Of a DNA stretch of 64,000 bases, positions 38,162 through 48,000 are shown one piece after another. The DNA is taken from NCBI GenBank assembly GCA_965203805.1, contig OZ241917.1:4256001-4320000 (forward strand), given 5' to 3'. The notes beneath the pieces are model-generated. The model worked only from the letters and a program-made list of their open reading frames with translations, was not told the origin of the DNA and did not search any database. The stretch comes from Candidatus Latescibacterota bacterium. Lineage in GTDB: Bacteria > Latescibacterota > UBA2968 > GCA-2709665. Position 1 is the stretch's first letter, and each line of letters starts with the position of its first letter. The position numbers were made by a program, and so were the translations under genes.

Positions 38162-40426
38162 ATGTCCGTACTGCAAGACGCGACCACTCAGCAGGAGCGC
38201 CGCAACCGCGCGCTGCTGGACGGTTCGCGATACCTGTCCGAATCCGTGACGTCGCAGGTTCTGCCACTGCAGATCGACATCCGGCATACCGATACACTGA
38301 CGGAAACGCAAGTTGACACCTTCACCTCCCTTCAGATCGAGGCCGCCCGTACCGCCGTACGTTCGCTGGCCTCCCTGGCCGAGATTGGTGAAGCGGACCA
38401 TCTGGGAGGCGGCATCGGCCTCATTCCGCCCTTGCTGCTTACCCTGGCGGTGGTCGACTTCGAACGTATCGAGTACACCATCGAACACGCCCACACCAGC
38501 GTCGGGTATTATGCGGCGCTTTCCGCCGTGGGATATGTCGATCCCGAACACGTCGTTTCCGATTTTCGCCGCGGTCTGGACCTTCCGGGCCACGTTTCAT
38601 GGCTGCCGGGGGGCACGCAGATGAACGGCGGACGCCTGGGCGTGATGATACCCGTTGCGGTCGGCAATGCGCTGGGCAAGCGCGGCACGTACGGCGAGGG
38701 ATCCTGGGTGGTTGCCCACTGCGGAGACGCGGGCTGGATCTCGGGCCAGGCGCTCAACGGCTTCAACGCCGCGCACGTTCACGGCGCGCCCATTACGTTT
38801 GTGATGGACCGGAACGGCATCCAGCTTTCCGGCAGCACGAAGAGCATTCTGGATAAGGACCCGCGGCCCATCATTGGCGCCATGGGCGTCGAGGTCCTCG
38901 AAATCCCGACACTCTTAGATCCCGCGTGCCTTTACACGGCGTACCGTGAAGCCTATCTCCTGGCGCAGGAAGGCCGTCCGAGTCTGATCTATCCTGTCGG
39001 CATCCGGTCCCGGAACGGAAGGCGGATCGACCTCTCGCATTTCGGCGAAGCCCACGGCATCCTCGAAGCGGTGGAAGCCTTTGCCGGCCGGCATGACGTG
39101 CCCCTGGACCGCGAGATCTGGGTCCCCGGATCGCTGATGAGCTATAGAGACGTGGAGCCGATGCTGGAGTGCCTTTTCCTCGTGAACGATCTGCCCGGCG
39201 GCGCTGGCCACCACGACGGTGGCATGAAGGACCGAAACGAAGCGAATGTGCTCGGCAACCCCATGTTCCAGGCCACGCCGGTCCAGTCGGAAGCGCTGGA
39301 GCATTTGAAGTCGCAACCGTCACGCGCGGTCAACACCCGGGCCCGGCCGGCCCCGGGAAGCCCGAACCTGGTGCTGCCTGAAGGCGCTGCTGCGAGCGTT
39401 TCCTTACCCGGCGCGGGTGAGATGAAGAGTGCCCGCGACGGTTCGGAAGCAGGTTACGCGCTGGTGGCCGAGACCTTTCCTGAAAGGGTCTTCGTGGTCA
39501 GCTGCGACCTGGACGCTTCCACGAAACTGGCGAAGGCGCGGAGTCACCTGGCCGGGAATCACCAGTTCGAAATCAGCATCGAAGAACAGGCGGCCACCCT
39601 GATTGCCAACGGCCTGGCCACCAGTACGCCGGGTTCGCAGCTGAACGTGGTGTCCACCTTTGCGGCCTTCTTCGAGGGCATTGCACGCGAAGGTTTCGAC
39701 ATGTGGCAGTACCAGCGCAACCTGACGGGCGTGAACGAGGGCCTCAACGTGACGTTTCATCTCTCTCACGTGGGCGCGTGTACGGGCCGGGACCACTTCT
39801 CCGGCTGGGGTCTGGACTGGATCAACGTGGGCCTCAGCTACCTTCCGTACCTGCACCGGTTCTACGCGCCGGCCGACGCGCGGTCGGCCTTTCTCGCCGT
39901 GATCGATCTGGCCGCCAACTATGGCGGGCACATCATCGGCATCCCCCGCGACAACCTGCCGGTCCTCGAAAAACAGGACGGTTCCGGGCCTCTTTGGGAG
40001 GCGGATGAGGCGTGGCAACCCCTCACGCCCTTCCGGTCCGTTGCGAACGCCGGTCACGCGATCCTGGCATTCGGCGCGCCGGCATTCCTGGCGGCGGAGG
40101 CCGCCGACGGCATGAATAGCCGGGGCGTTGGCGTAGACGTATATATCGTCAACGGCCTGCCCCTGCCGAAGGGGCACCTTGAATCGCTGATTTCGCAGTA
40201 TACCCGGGGTGTCGTCACGATTGAAGACGGAAAGATCGGCACATCCGAAACCGGACTCAGGGGGTTTGCGGGCCTGGTTGCCTCTGCGGCCTCCTCACGC
40301 GGCGTTCCACATGCGCACGTCGGCCTGACCGATCCGACCATCGCCCCGTCCGACGGGCATATGGAAACCTGGGCGCACTTCGGCATCACCACCGATGCGC
40401 TGGTCGATGCGGTTGAGCGTCTTTAG
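38162..40426 (+). CDS. Divergent transketolase-like TPP enzyme
   Basis: HLGGG, LPGH, GDAG...RNGIQLSG, DL.AS, IEEQ, STFAAF. Confidence 0.7.
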   Translation: MSVLQDATTQQERRNRALLDGSRYLSESVTSQVLPLQIDIRHTDTLTETQVDTFTSLQIEAARTAVRSLASLAEIGEADHLGGGIGLIPPLLLTLAVVDFERIEYTIEHAHTSVGYYAALSAVGYVDPEHVVSDFRRGLDLPGHVSWLPGGTQMNGGRLGVMIPVAVGNALGKRGTYGEGSWVVAHCGDAGWISGQALNGFNAAHVHGAPITFVMDRNGIQLSGSTKSILDKDPRPIIGAMGVEVLEIPTLLDPACLYTAYREAYLLAQEGRPSLIYPVGIRSRNGRRIDLSHFGEAHGILEAVEAFAGRHDVPLDREIWVPGSLMSYRDVEPMLECLFLVNDLPGGAGHHDGGMKDRNEANVLGNPMFQATPVQSEALEHLKSQPSRAVNTRARPAPGSPNLVLPEGAAASVSLPGAGEMKSARDGSEAGYALVAETFPERVFVVSCDLDASTKLAKARSHLAGNHQFEISIEEQAATLIANGLATSTPGSQLNVVSTFAAFFEGIAREGFDMWQYQRNLTGVNEGLNVTFHLSHVGACTGRDHFSGWGLDWINVGLSYLPYLHRFYAPADARSAFLAVIDLAANYGGHIIGIPRDNLPVLEKQDGSGPLWEADEAWQPLTPFRSVANAGHAILAFGAPAFLAAEAADGMNSRGVGVDVYIVNGLPLPKGHLESLISQYTRGVVTIEDGKIGTSETGLRGFAGLVASAASSRGVPHAHVGLTDPTIAPSDGHMETWAHFGITTDALVDAVERL

Positions 40427-40637
40427 TGGATTCACCTGCGAGGGATTGACACGGGTAAGGGAAGGGGAAACAAAAGGAAGGAAAGTCAATCCGCGTCAGC
40501 CGGCGCGGCGGACCCGCAATTTGCACCGGTGGGCGGAACAATACCTGATTTGGCGTGTGTCTTTGTGAGCAAAAAGAACCCGCAACACGCGATGACGCAG
40601 GCCATTCCCCTGATTCTGAAGCGGGATTCTTCCCGAA

Positions 40638-41789
40638 CTAGAATATCCTGAAACTCAGCCCCATATTGAAGCTTTGCCTGGCACCTTCGTCCCTTGCGAC
40701 GCGAAAGGACTCGGAGAGCGTCATGTTGAATTTGTTTTCGATGTAGAAGCTGAGCGCGAACGTGATATTCGAAATGACGTCGGCTCTTCTTTCCTCGCGT
40801 TTCTGCGCACGGATTGTCTTCAGGGTCGTGAACCGGATCCTGTTCGTCACCTCGTAGATGAAATCCGTTTTCCAGCGCAGGTTGTAATCCGTCCCGAAGG
40901 CCTTTGAAAAAGGCGTATCGTAGTGTAGATCGGTGTTGATCTGCGTGCTCCAGCTGATCGGGTGGGAGTACCGGATATTTATCAGCATTCCCGGCGGCGG
41001 ACGGTCCACGTCTTCGTAAGGATTCAACAGCTGAAACTGCACGCCGGTTGTAATGTCCCAACCATAGAATCTTTTGCTGATCTGCTCCTGTGTCAGCACT
41101 TCCTGTATCCGCACCAGGCCGAATCCGATCTCTTCTCCCAGAACCCTTCGTGATCTCCTGATCTCGGCAAGCATATCTTCGAACCAGTAGTTTTCGTACC
41201 GGTCTCCATGCTGTTCCTTGTACTGCCTTTCCCTGTCGATGATATGCGCCAGTTCGATCATCGTCTCCTTGGAGAAATGCTCGCCGATGATGCCCTCCTC
41301 CAGGAAGAATTCCTCGATTCTCCCGGCTTTTCGAAGCGCTGTGGCATCGATGAACCGTCCGTGGCCGAAGCCCAGTGTCATCTCGATGTCGGGTCGATCG
41401 TATCCGGAGTCCAGGTCCGAGTCCGTGCCCCAGGAGTAGAATAAGCTGCCTTCGTTCCGATGGTATTTCTTCAGATTCGTCCTCAAGTGGGTCAAGGCGT
41501 CGCGCTCGATTCTCTCGGTGATGATATTCTTCCTGATCGAACCCTGCCCGGTCGCGTCTACGGAATAAGCGTAGGGAAGCGACTCGTAGAAATTTCTGTA
41601 TACCACGGTCACATTTCCATTCAGTACAACGGTTTTGGTATCCTCTGTCACGTAGTTGAAGCTGAGCGCGTCGATGCGCAGGTTGTGCGCCCGGCTCACG
41701 GGCACAACGTAATCGGTAATGGATACGTTCTGCGCCGATGCCGTAGAGACCGTCATGAGACAGACCGCCGCCGGCCGTATCAGTAACAT
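40638..41789 (-). CDS. Exported hypothetical protein, probable outer-membrane beta-barrel
   Basis: Signal peptide ending ASA-Q, alternating beta strands, C-terminal LSFRIF; start approximate. Confidence 0.55.
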   Translation of the reverse strand: MLLIRPAAVCLMTVSTASAQNVSITDYVVPVSRAHNLRIDALSFNYVTEDTKTVVLNGNVTVVYRNFYESLPYAYSVDATGQGSIRKNIITERIERDALTHLRTNLKKYHRNEGSLFYSWGTDSDLDSGYDRPDIEMTLGFGHGRFIDATALRKAGRIEEFFLEEGIIGEHFSKETMIELAHIIDRERQYKEQHGDRYENYWFEDMLAEIRRSRRVLGEEIGFGLVRIQEVLTQEQISKRFYGWDITTGVQFQLLNPYEDVDRPPPGMLINIRYSHPISWSTQINTDLHYDTPFSKAFGTDYNLRWKTDFIYEVTNRIRFTTLKTIRAQKREERRADVISNITFALSFYIENKFNMTLSESFRVARDEGARQSFNMGLSFRIF

Positions 41790-41987
41790 CCGGAAAAAGA
41801 AGAGTACGTTAGCCAACGGACCGAAGCGTTGCGCCGGCAATCCCCCGCTTTCGGGAGTCGGCCATTCCGCGCGGTGCTTTCTTGTAGGACTATCGACGGA
41901 ATCCGCAGTGCCGCCCGCGCCCATCCTCGGCAACCGCTCCCGCCCAGATCCTGTTTTTCCTGTCATTGCGCTTCCCCCTGTCTTTGT

Positions 41988-42734
41988 CTACGGTTTCGCA
42001 TCGGGATCGCTATCCGATGAATGGGGCGACTCCTTCAAAAACGAAATATCGTCGTAATCCGCCTTGACGAGCGTCTTCGTATTGTCCGAATCCGTAAGCA
42101 CGGCAACGGCGCCGACGAGTCGCGGGTCGCTACCGAATAAGCGTCTGTAATCTTCGTATGCGTTAACCTCTTCCCAGATCCAACTGCCTGTCCTGCCGGA
42201 TCCGGATTGCAGGACAATCACCTTCGTACTTCCAGTGTGCGGGCTTTCCGTCTCGGTGCCCGGGGGAAGCGACGCACTCCACACGTACTTGAGTGTCTTG
42301 ATCCGCCTCCCGCGCCCGAATACAAGGCGCACGGCCGCCGCGCTGTCATTGGTCTTCTTGTAGTTTTCATTGGCGCCGGCGGGGAGGCTGTGCACTCGCC
42401 ACCGCCACCTGAGCTTCTTCCAGACACGCAAGTTGACTCTTACGGGCAGGCCCGCATTCGTCGCCCTGCCGACGGTCTCCGCTCTCAGAAAGTGGTCGCC
42501 GTTTTCGACCTGAATCGTGTAGTAGAGATCCTCCTTCTTGTTTGTCTTCCTATGGAACCAGCCCGATCTTCCTTCCCAGTTGCGGGGAAACCGCCCGATT
42601 TGACCGGGGTACTCAAATCGCTCAAGAGTCAGAACGGAATCTCCGGAAGGCGTATAAAAGTGGGCCGGCGGATCCGCCGCGTACGCGGCCGATCCGATCA
42701 GGATTCCCAGGAGGATTTTTTGGATTCGTATCAT
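41988..42734 (-). CDS. DUF3047-like exported protein
   Basis: Signal peptide, LRWRWRV, NDSAA, LKYVW, DY..LFG, TDSDNT. Confidence 0.75.
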   Translation of the reverse strand: MIRIQKILLGILIGSAAYAADPPAHFYTPSGDSVLTLERFEYPGQIGRFPRNWEGRSGWFHRKTNKKEDLYYTIQVENGDHFLRAETVGRATNAGLPVRVNLRVWKKLRWRWRVHSLPAGANENYKKTNDSAAAVRLVFGRGRRIKTLKYVWSASLPPGTETESPHTGSTKVIVLQSGSGRTGSWIWEEVNAYEDYRRLFGSDPRLVGAVAVLTDSDNTKTLVKADYDDISFLKESPHSSDSDPDAKP

Positions 42735-42990
42735 AAAGCTCAGGTTATTCCCGCTTCGTTAAGTGCCGCGGAACCGGGTAATCCGCGCGGAATACACCCT
42801 GGATCCGGACCCCCGGGGGCAAGCCGCGGTGTATTCAGAAAATATAGGAAATAGACTCTTCAAGGTGTACAAAAAAGCCCGGAAACAGACCTTCGCCCCG
42901 CCACCCGGACCGGACATAAAGATACCGCCACGGAATCCACTCCCGTGGCGGTGACAACTCCCTTCTTTGCCGCAAGCATTCACTGTTTCG

Positions 42991-44121
42991 TTACGTGCCG
43001 AACTCCTGCGCGAGTCGGACAAAATCGCCGAACCCGATGCGGCCGTCTCCGTCCAGGTCAAACCTTGTCTCGAAGTCCGGGTCCCCTGTTTCGGAACCGA
43101 ACGCCTTCGCGAAAATCAGGAAATCGCTGAAGTCCACCCGGCCGCTGCCGTCGAAATCCGCCGATTTGTCCCCGACGCTGACAGTCACCGCGGGCAGGAT
43201 GCCTTCGCCGTAGTTCCATCCGGTCCCCCATGTCACCGTCTTCATTTCCGCATCCGCAGATCCGACGTGGTACCAGAGATCCAAACTGTTGTGGGACTCA
43301 TGCACCTCCATGACGATTCCGTTGTCCAGCGCGACGCTGGGAGCGATACCCCGATCGAATCTTGTCGCTTTCCCCCACTCCACGGTCTTGCGTCCCGGAT
43401 CCAGGATACCCACGCGATACCACAGGCGAAGCCCGCTGATTGACTCATGCATCTCCACGACCAGGCCATCGTCCATATCCACGGAGGGCGTCCGGCCGCC
43501 ATCGTATTCCTGCGCGTCACCCCACGCGATAGACTTCGAAGTGGTATCCACGGCGCCCACATTGTACCACAGTTGCTCACCTTCTTCGGACTGGTGGACC
43601 TCCACGACCACTCCGTCAGACAACGCCACCGAAGGGAACCGCCCCCCGTCGAACTTCTCCGAACTGCCCCAGACAATCGAATCGGCCGCGGCATCCACGA
43701 TGCCCACGTGGTACCACAGGTTTGTGCCGATATGCGACTGGTGCATCTCCACCACGACCCTGCCGTCCAGCGCTACCATCGGGTACTGGCCCGCATCGAA
43801 CCTCCGCCCCGCGCCCCACCGGATCGTCTTTGTCTCCGCGTCGACCGTGCCGACCTTGTACCACAGATTCGTTCCCTGGTGGGACTGGTGTACCTCCACG
43901 ACAAGCCTGCCGTCCACGGCGACGGACGGGAACCGGCCGTCGTCGTGCGCGCCTACCTCACCCCAGTCGACGGTCTCTGACCGGGCGTCAATCACGCCGA
44001 CCCGGTACCGCAACTCCGTTTCTTCTTCCTCCTGGTGCATCTCCACAACCACGTCGGCCGCCGGAATCGAAAACCCCCAGAGGCACGCACCCAGAAAAAT
44101 CGCGAATCGAACGGCTCGCAT
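42991..44121 (-). CDS. Secreted six-repeat (49 aa) beta-propeller with C-terminal dockerin/EF-hand pair
   Basis: Six VVExH..LWYxVG..WG..PSV repeats; DFDGSGRVDFSDF and DLDGDGRIGFGDF. Confidence 0.75.
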   Translation of the reverse strand: MRAVRFAIFLGACLWGFSIPAADVVVEMHQEEEETELRYRVGVIDARSETVDWGEVGAHDDGRFPSVAVDGRLVVEVHQSHQGTNLWYKVGTVDAETKTIRWGAGRRFDAGQYPMVALDGRVVVEMHQSHIGTNLWYHVGIVDAAADSIVWGSSEKFDGGRFPSVALSDGVVVEVHQSEEGEQLWYNVGAVDTTSKSIAWGDAQEYDGGRTPSVDMDDGLVVEMHESISGLRLWYRVGILDPGRKTVEWGKATRFDRGIAPSVALDNGIVMEVHESHNSLDLWYHVGSADAEMKTVTWGTGWNYGEGILPAVTVSVGDKSADFDGSGRVDFSDFLIFAKAFGSETGDPDFETRFDLDGDGRIGFGDFVRLAQEFGT

Positions 44122-44206
44122 AACGTCCCTTCGTGGCATTGGAAAACCGGAGAATATCTTCAGAAGCTGTCTTTAAATCCCCAGCGGTCGGAGCGGTTCC
44201 CGGCGC

Positions 44207-44962
44207 CTATTTCAGGCAGAAGCCCCCGTCCACTTTCAGGATCGTACCCGTGATATAATCCGCCGCGTCGGAACAGAGAAACGTCGCCGCTTTGCCCAGG
44301 TCTTCAATGGTGGCCAGCCGGCCCCACGGCAAGCCCTCGGCGGCTTCTCTGATCTGCTCGTCCGTGGCGAATTGGCGTTCGCCGGGCGTGTCGGTATAGC
44401 CGGGTTCGATCACGTTGGCGCGGATCCGGTGCGGGGCGAGTTCAGCCGCGATAGTACGGCACATCTGGTTAATGCCCGCCTTGGCCGAATTGTACGCCAT
44501 GGACGTCGGCATCGGCACCTCCGCCAGCACGGAACTGATGAACAGGATGCTGCCGCCGCCACCCTGGTCCACCATCTGCCGCGCGCCGGCTTGGGCCGTG
44601 TGAAAGCTGCCCCACAGGCAGACCTCCCAGGTCCTCCGTACCGCCTGCGTCGACAGTTCCAAAAAAGGTTCGCGCTTGCTGTAATAGGCATTGGCCACGA
44701 CAGTATCGAGCCTGCCGAACCGGCTCACCGCTGCTTCCACCATCCGGTCCACCGCCGCCCGATCCGACACATCGGCCTGCACCACGATCGCTTCCCGACC
44801 CTGTGCGCGGACTTCGTTCGCAACGTCTTCCGCGTCTTCCGGATGCGAATGGTAATTCACGGCGATATCCGCGCCGGCACGGGCCATCTCCACCGCGCAA
44901 CCCCGTCCGATGCCCCTGGAAGACCCGGTTATCAATGCAACCCTGCCTGTCATATCGACCAT
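44207..44962 (-). CDS. Short-chain dehydrogenase/reductase
   Basis: TGSSRGIG, ISS, YNSAK, EPG, VDGG. Confidence 0.9.
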   Translation of the reverse strand: MVDMTGRVALITGSSRGIGRGCAVEMARAGADIAVNYHSHPEDAEDVANEVRAQGREAIVVQADVSDRAAVDRMVEAAVSRFGRLDTVVANAYYSKREPFLELSTQAVRRTWEVCLWGSFHTAQAGARQMVDQGGGGSILFISSVLAEVPMPTSMAYNSAKAGINQMCRTIAAELAPHRIRANVIEPGYTDTPGERQFATDEQIREAAEGLPWGRLATIEDLGKAATFLCSDAADYITGTILKVDGGFCLK

Positions 44963-45018
44963 AAGGACCCTTCCTGTTTCAAAATGCCGGCAGAATGGGA
45001 TGCGAGGGAACGGAAATA

Positions 45019-48000
45019 CTATCCTTCTGCGGACCCTCCTGGAGATCCCGCGCCCGCCTGAACGGGATCGTCCAACGTATCTCTCACGGTTCGTTCCACC
45101 TGCTGGCCCTGCGCTTTCTGCCGGCGGGTTTCCCGATGCGTTTCGCGATAGCGATCCGGAATCACCAGTTCGTCGCCATGGTCTGGCGCGTGCGGCGCAA
45201 CCTTCCAGAATTTGGGCAGAAATCTGTCCCATCGGGTGATGATGGCGCTCGCCCGGCGGCTGTTGGTGTTTTCGAGGTGCCTCCCGATCATCTTTTTCAG
45301 CAGGGCGACGTCGTCCGGCTGGCTGACGCGTTCGATGCGGACGAGTTGCGGGTTGTATCGGTTCACGAACGATCCCTCCTCGTCCAGCACGTACGCGGTC
45401 CCGCCCGTCATTCCGGCGCCGAAGTTCCTTCCCGCGCTTCCCAGAACGATCACAGCGCCCGCGGTCATGTACTCACATCCATGGTCGCCCACGCCCTCCA
45501 CCACCGCATGACCCCCGCTGTTTCGCACGCAGAATCTCTCGCCCGCGCACCCTGCGGCGTAGAGCACGCCTCCGGTGGCGCCGTACATGACCGTGTTACC
45601 GACGATGGCGTTCCTGTGGCTGGGAAACCCGGCGTTGCCCGGCGGCCGCACGATGAGTTCTCCTCCGTGCATGCCCTTGCCGACATAGTCGTTGGCCTCG
45701 CCCGTCAGGACCAGCCGAAGACCGCGAATGCAGAAGGCGCCGAAGCTCTGCCCCGCACTGCCGCGGAATCGACACTCGATCGTACTGTCGAGACCGCGGT
45801 CTCCGTAATGAAACGCGATTTCTCCGGCCAGCTTGGCGCCGACCGCGCGTCTCGTGTTCTTGATTTCGTAACTCAGTGTAATCGAACTGTTCTCTTTAAT
45901 CGCATCGATTGCGTCCTGAAGCAGCAGGTCGTCAATCGACGCATCCGGCCTGTCGTTGCGCTCCCGGGTGTGCAGCCTGGGCCGGGTGCCCGCCGGGTCC
46001 GGGTCGGCCAACAGATCGCTCAGGTCGATTCCCTGCCACCTCTGCTTCTTCGGGTCGACAGTGGCATCCAGAATTTCGGTCCGGCCGATCAGGCTTTCAA
46101 GCGACCGGTACCCCAGCCCCGCGATGACCTCACGGACCTCGCCGGCCAGATTGGTGAAATAGCGGACCACGTGCTCCGGCGAGCCATTGAATTTCTCCCG
46201 CAATTCAGGCTTCTGCGTGGCCACGCCGACGGGACAGGTATTCAAGTGACACTGCCGGGCCATGACGCAGCCCATAGACACCAGCGCGGCGGTGCCGAAT
46301 CCGTACTCCTCAGCCCCGAGCGCGGCCGCGACGACCACGTCCCTGGCTGTTTTCAGGCCGCCGTCCACGCGAAGCATCACGCGGCCGCGCAGGTCGTTCA
46401 TTACCAGCGTCTGCTGTACCTCCGCCAGACCCAGTTCCCAGGGTCCGCCGGAGTGTTTGATCGCGCCCAGTGGCGAGGCGCCCGTGCCGCCGTCGTGCCC
46501 GCTGATGTGGACCACGTCCGCGTACCCCTTGACCACGCCAGCCGCGATCGTGCCGATGCCGGCCACCGAGACCAGTTTGACGCACACCTTTGCCCGGGGA
46601 TTCACCCGTTTCAGATCGTAGATCAGTTGCGCAATGTCTTCGATACTGTAGATGTCGTGATGAGGCGGCGGCGAAATCAGCGTGACTCCCGGTACGGAAT
46701 GGCGGATGAGCGCGATTTCCGCGGAAACCTTGTGTCCCGGAAGCTGCCCGCCCTCGCCCGGTTTGGATCCCTGCGCCATCTTGATTTCCAGTTCCTTCGC
46801 CGAAGCCAGGTATGCGGGCGTAACGCCGAACCTGCCGGACGCCACCTGTTTGATGGCGCTGTTGGGCCAGTCTCCGTTGGGTCGTCGCCGATAACGGTCC
46901 GGGTCTTCCCCGCCTTCACCGCTATTGCTCTTGGCGCCAATGCGGTTCAACGCAATGGCCAGCGTTTCGTGCGCCTCCCGCGAAAGCGCGCCGTGCGACA
47001 TCGCGGAGGATACGAAGCGCCTGCAGATGGCTTCGGCAGGCTCCACCTCGTCGAGCGGGACGGCGCTTCCATTCCGGAATGCCATCAGATCACGCAGCGA
47101 AGCCGCGGGCCGCCCCTCGACCAAACGCGAGTAGGCCGCGAAATCCTCGTAGTTTCCGGATTTGGCCACACTGTGGATGGCCTTGAAGACCGGGGGATTG
47201 AAGGCATGGTACTCGCCGTCCCGCCGGAACCGGTAGATGCCCGCGTCGTTCATCGAGGGCGACCCGTCCGGCTGGAAGGCCAGCAGGTGTCTCTCGGCAG
47301 CGTCGTTCGCGATTTCCGCGAGTCCGATGCCGCCAACCTGGGATACCGTACCTGAGAAGAACCGGTCCACAAGGTCCGAGTGCAGGCCCACGGCGTCGAA
47401 GATCTGAGCGCCGCAATAGCTGCTCAGTGTGGATATTCCCATCTTGCAGATCACCTTCAGGATCCCCGCCTCCAGCGCGCGCCGGTAGTTGTCCAGCGCT
47501 TTCGCGTAGGTGATTTCGCCTTCCAGCCTGCCGGTCCGGATCAGATCGTTCAGGTTTTCGTATACAAGGTAAGGATTCACCGCGCTGGCGCCGTAACCGA
47601 TCAATGAAGCGATATGGTGGACTTCCCTGGGCTCACCCGATTCCACAATCAGGCTCGCCTGCATCCGCTTCCCTTCCCGGATGAGATGATGATGGACGGC
47701 GCCCACGGCAAGAAGCATGGGGATGGGCGCGTGGTTTGCGTCCACGCCGCGGTCGCTCAGAATCAGCAGGGTCTTTCCGGACTCGACCGCTCGCAACGCA
47801 CGGCGGCACATCCTGTCCAGTGCCCGTCGCAGGCCCTCGGCCCCCTCCGAGGGTACAAACAACGCAGACACCGATTCGCTTTCGAACGCCGGCAACCCGG
47901 AGCTTGCGAGCCTGCGGAATTCGGAATCCAGCAGCACCGGGGAGGGGATGCGGACCAGCCGCGCGTTCCCCGCCTTCTCTCGGAATATATTCCTCCGTCG

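Noticed and set aside
44995-47355. 786-aa + strand ORF and similar long ORFs (12170-13729, 34934-36334, 48229-49617)
   Set aside because: Antisense shadows of well-supported genes in GC-rich DNA, with no recognisable motifs.
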